From assembly GCA_046483495.1 (NCBI GenBank), contig JAWODC010000094.1, positions 1 to 11,379 on the forward strand: DNA of 11,379 nucleotides, written 5' to 3'. Positions within the stretch are counted from its first letter, which is position 1. Each line of letters starts with the position of its first letter. The notes beneath the pieces are model-generated. The model saw nothing but the letters and a program-made list of their open reading frames with translations. It was not told the DNA's origin and did no database searches. This DNA is from Desulfobacterales bacterium (lineage in GTDB: Bacteria > Desulfobacterota > Desulfobacteria > Desulfobacterales > UBA5616). Shown here piece after piece: positions 8,460 to 11,379 of the stretch. A program made the translations under genes and the position numbers.

Positions 8460-8488
8460 TGTCTAGCACAGTCCCCTTTTATTGTCAA
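8460..8488 (-). promoter_or_regulatory. Putative sigma70 promoter for the ThDP enzyme gene
   Basis: TTGACA (8488-8483), 17 bp, then TG-C-TAGACA (extended -10 type). Located between the DUF1329 terminator and the ThDP gene start. Confidence 0.55.
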
Positions 8489-8568
8489 TATTGCTGATCC
8501 GGATGTATGCCGGGCGAAAACCAAAGGACACCACCTGATTCATTCAAATCTTTGCAGCGCATGCCCAT

Positions 8569-8605
8569 AAAAAAATCCGCCCCTGGATTTCAGAGGCGGA
8601 TTTTT
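8569..8605 (-). terminator. Rho-independent terminator of the DUF1329 gene
   Basis: Minus strand AAAAATCCGCCTCTG-AAATC-CAGGGGCGGA-TTTTTTT: GC-rich stem with one G-U pair and a U7 tail, 40 nt after the stop codon. Confidence 0.9.
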
Positions 8606-8645
8606 CAGCGTGTTTAGAACTGGTTACACCTGAAGATCAAATAAA

Positions 8646-9887
8646 TTAGTAAAGCCGCTGTCCCAGAGCACCCGGCTGCAGAATTTTAGGATCGAATTCG
8701 CAGTTTCCACAGTTGATGTCTTCCCGGCCGACAACACCGGTCCAATATGAGGTTTTGAAATCGCTATAAGACTGGTAGGACATCCAGGGCCCGGTTTCTC
8801 CCGTTGAGATGGTTTCCGGCCTGTAGCCCTGGTAGAGGCCTTTCCAGAAGTTTCCGTTCTTGTCATAGGTTTCAGCACCGGTGGCGTAATAAATATCCTC
8901 GGCAATCCAGATCATCCGTTTGGACTCGGGATACCTCGGATCTTTGGCCTTGATCTCGATCAGGTAATTGCCCCACAGTTCCCATGGATCGGCATCCAGA
9001 ATGGGGTGATCGTATCCATTGTAATATTCACCATCCGGTGTTCGGGCGCTTTCGAACTCCTGGTGCATCAGGCACAAATTGGTTTCCTTTTTGATGAACT
9101 TATAGGTGAACTGATGGATCTTCCCATCGAATCCATAATAATCGTCATAGGTGGCCGCGGTGCCCCGCACGGGGTTGGAGCGCTCACCGGACACAAGCCT
9201 CAAGGTCCGCCGCAGGGTGGGTACATAAGACCACATTTCATCATTTTTTTCAGGGTCCATGTACCGCCAGATCAAGAAATCGAGATCCCTGTTTCTGCCA
9301 GTGGGATAATGTTGAATGAAGGCGAAGAACAGGTCGTTGGGGTTGGGGCGGTTCGGCAACGGCTCCACACTGGTCCGGTTTGCGAAATACATGTAGTATT
9401 GAATACCATCCTGGCTGGTCAGCCGCCCGCCTTTGCGCTGTGAAAATGAGACCCATCCGGGCAGCTTGTAATACCACTGGTCGCTGCGCCACCGGTAATA
9501 AAAATTCCACATGACTTTTTCAGCGAGATTCGGTTCCTTGGGATCCGGAAACGGCATACCGGCCAGGTGTTCCCCTTCGATGTTGCCGTTCTCATCGATG
9601 GACAGTTTTCCCCTGTTTTTTTCCGACCATTCCATGTAATTGGGCGGCGGTGAATAGGGTTCGGTTTCCTTGACGGTAATCACCGCCGGTCGAACGAAAT
9701 CGACCCCTTTAATGTATTTCTGAATGAACATGGGAAAATATTCTTTGTACTGATCCAGGTTTTCCGAATCGATGACATCCCCGGGCTTGGGTTCCGCCCC
9801 AAGAACCGGTGCGGAAAAGACAAAGCATAGTGCCACGGCCCCGGCCGCCACGGCGGTTAAACGTTTAAATCTTGCAATCTGCCTCAT
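8646..9887 (-). CDS. DUF1329 family exported protein (LolA-like fold)
   Basis: Start reassigned to ATG 9887 (AAGGAGG upstream), giving 413 aa. Sec-type signal peptide MRQIARFKRLTAVAAGAVALCFVFSAPVLG|AE. Family-like motifs PGDVIDSENLDQYKEY, GMPFPDP, WSYVPTLRRTLR, DDYYGFDG, PRYPESKR, YDKNGNFWK. Confidence 0.85.
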   Translation of the reverse strand: MRQIARFKRLTAVAAGAVALCFVFSAPVLGAEPKPGDVIDSENLDQYKEYFPMFIQKYIKGVDFVRPAVITVKETEPYSPPPNYMEWSEKNRGKLSIDENGNIEGEHLAGMPFPDPKEPNLAEKVMWNFYYRWRSDQWYYKLPGWVSFSQRKGGRLTSQDGIQYYMYFANRTSVEPLPNRPNPNDLFFAFIQHYPTGRNRDLDFLIWRYMDPEKNDEMWSYVPTLRRTLRLVSGERSNPVRGTAATYDDYYGFDGKIHQFTYKFIKKETNLCLMHQEFESARTPDGEYYNGYDHPILDADPWELWGNYLIEIKAKDPRYPESKRMIWIAEDIYYATGAETYDKNGNFWKGLYQGYRPETISTGETGPWMSYQSYSDFKTSYWTGVVGREDINCGNCEFDPKILQPGALGQRLY

Positions 9888-9966
9888 AAAATATTCCTCC
9901 TTCGTATATTGATATAATGTATTCCCCGATGTATCTGCCACTTTTCACTCTCGGTACAGAGTTACT

Positions 9967-10005
9967 AATATAGCATAACCATGCAAGACCTTGTCAAAGG
10001 TTATG
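9967..10005 (-). promoter_or_regulatory. Putative promoter of the DUF1329 gene overlapped by a dyad operator
   Basis: TTGACA (9997-9992), 19 bp, then TATATT (9972-9967) with extended -10 TG. Overlapped by inverted repeat CATAACC (9974-9980) / GGTTATG (9999-10005). Confidence 0.55.
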
Positions 10006-10094
10006 ATAATTTTTATAATGAATTCGATTAATTGCATTGAATTGCATATTTCATATGAATTTTATTCATCCGGCCAATGAGAAAATGGAGTGAA

Positions 10095-11216
10095 TCACCC
10101 GTTTCCGGATGGGAGCTGACTCGATATTTTGCCGTTCGAATATATTTTCACCGGTGTAATCCGCAAATTGCCGTCTTGCGGAACATCGATCCTGATGAAT
10201 GAGGCGGCGACTCCCTTTTTGGTTAAAAAGGCTCCTGTGTTATGCACATTTATGGCTTTTTCGGGGTAGAGCCGCTTCTTCTCCGGTATCCTGTCGGTCG
10301 ATGAAATCCCGCGCCGATGAGTATGTCCGTAAATAAAATAATCCGGAGCCCGTTTGTAGTTGCGAAAATATTTCAGATAAAACTCCGCAGCCCTGAGCTG
10401 CCCCAAGTTAATCTGTTCATCTCTTAACGGGCTGACCGGAAAACGTGTCGAATTCTTTCCCACACCTACATACTTGCCGATGGTGAGGCTGAGGTTCTGG
10501 GCGAATCTGCCGGTCCGCAACACATAATTCATGTACCGTTGAAGCTCCGAGGAATACGTCAACGCATTGGCAACCACCTGGAAGCGGTCGGTTTCCACGT
10601 ACATTCGCTCTATGGCTTTTTTCTGGTCTCCGGTCTCATGCAGCAGTTCTTTTAACCGCTTGAAGAGGGTTTGCTTGGGATCGAGATAATGGCCATGGGT
10701 GATCACGATCTTGCGCCCATTGGAGCGGATGACATGATCGGGATATTCAACGGTCACCCTTTTCCGAATTTCGGGGGGAAAAATACCGCTGATAAACGCG
10801 GTTCCCCTTTTCCATATCCCTTCTTTCAGGCTGGAACGCTTGACGTTCAGGCGATTTCCGGAAGTCAGCGTATCGACATAGATCATTTTATTGGACAACA
10901 GCGTCCAAACCAAATAATCATGATTCCCCGGCAGGTAAATCCAGTTTTTGATCGACTTGGCGCCGGGACCCGTCTCCTGTATTGCCGCCATAAATTGGCG
11001 GGCCCCGGTAATCGGCATTCCGTCCTTCATCCCTCCTTCCACCGATACCTGGAATGAGGACATGTTTAAGTCCAACAGGTCACCGTTCAATATGACCGAC
11101 TTCCAAGGACCATTTTCATGAATATACCGGATCAGGGCGTTGGCGACCGGAGGCTGATTGATCGTGGATTCTTTATAACAAAGAAAATATTCGTAGATAT
11201 AGGAGATATTTGGCAA
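10095..11216 (-). CDS. Calcineurin-like metallophosphoesterase; motif I (DxH) absent, probably 5'-damaged
   Basis: Motifs II-V present: ILNGDLLD, YLPGNHD, ITHGH, YGHTH, then HNTG. No DxH upstream. The TTG start has no RBS and lies in an AT-rich segment. Confidence 0.75.
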   Translation of the reverse strand: MPNISYIYEYFLCYKESTINQPPVANALIRYIHENGPWKSVILNGDLLDLNMSSFQVSVEGGMKDGMPITGARQFMAAIQETGPGAKSIKNWIYLPGNHDYLVWTLLSNKMIYVDTLTSGNRLNVKRSSLKEGIWKRGTAFISGIFPPEIRKRVTVEYPDHVIRSNGRKIVITHGHYLDPKQTLFKRLKELLHETGDQKKAIERMYVETDRFQVVANALTYSSELQRYMNYVLRTGRFAQNLSLTIGKYVGVGKNSTRFPVSPLRDEQINLGQLRAAEFYLKYFRNYKRAPDYFIYGHTHRRGISSTDRIPEKKRLYPEKAINVHNTGAFLTKKGVAASFIRIDVPQDGNLRITPVKIYSNGKISSQLPSGNG

Positions 11217-11379
11217 GATTGAAAACTAGGAAAGACACTTTTCTTAAGAAAAAAACCCAGGGGTATCATATTATTGCTTTAAGAGGGGCGGAAAAATTTG
11301 CCGCAGCACAGGGCATAGAAATGGTGGATCCCTCCTATTTCTACACCGAACGCAGGTGGAGATCCCTGCAACGCATCCG
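11210..11379 (+). pseudogene. 5'-truncated isoaspartyl peptidase / plant-type L-asparaginase (IaaA-like Ntn hydrolase) fragment, running off the window
   Basis: Manual translation from 11282: RGAEKFAAAQGIEMVDPSYFYTERRWRSLQRI, matching the internal GAExFA...G...V.P..F.T..R segment of the IaaA alpha subunit. The frame is closed upstream by TGA at 11159-11161, leaving no room for the normal N-terminal ~120 aa. Confidence 0.75.

Noticed and set aside
9982..9997. Possible sigma54 promoter (TTGACAAGGTCTTGCA, minus strand)
   Set aside because: Has a TTGC -12 element but lacks the invariant GG at -24.
1350..11057. Numerous 60-205 aa alternative-frame and antisense ORFs inside the main genes
   Set aside because: All are nested within well-supported genes, as expected in GC-rich coding DNA. 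None shows a recognisable domain.
11201..11251. RRYLARLKTRKDTFLKK resembles the IS1-family transposase C-terminal R-x-x-LARL segment
   Set aside because: The match is too short and I see no convincing terminal inverted repeats. An HMM/ISfinder search is needed before any IS call.
11341..11376. Minus-strand MRCRDLHLRSV* containing DLH, a possible displaced phosphoesterase motif I
   Set aside because: It ends in a stop about 125 nt before the phosphoesterase ORF and is simply the antisense of the well-matching IaaA RRWRS codons.
1..11379. CRISPR array, integron attC array, riboswitch, intact IS or integrase
   Set aside because: No regularly spaced repeats, recognisable riboswitch consensus or recombinase/transposase ORF seen by eye. 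An Rfam/Infernal scan of the intergenic regions would be the definitive check.

Overview
Bacterial chromosomal window; gene content and style suggest an anaerobic Deltaproteobacteria/Desulfobacterota-like organism (inference). Almost everything is on the minus strand. In transcription order (right to left): a calcineurin-like metallophosphoesterase lacking motif I, a secreted DUF1329 protein with its own promoter and terminator, a ThDP-dependent enzyme, an acyl-CoA synthetase, birA, trkA-trkH, and a tRNA-Lys(TTT)/tRNA-Glu(TTC) pair. Immediately past the tRNA-Glu CCA end, GC falls to about 33% (247/750 by hand count, versus 53-60% in two sampled core-gene lines). This segment carries a PD-(D/E)XK nuclease ORF that the ORF track missed and probably marks the edge of a tRNA-anchored accessory/defence island. 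At the right end, a ~110 bp AT-rich segment joins two divergent, apparently 5'-damaged genes: the phosphoesterase and an isoaspartyl peptidase/asparaginase fragment, also missed by the track. No complete novel system can be demonstrated within the window. The best leads are the island-edge nuclease, the right-end junction and the DUF1329/ThDP enzyme/CoA-ligase neighbourhood.
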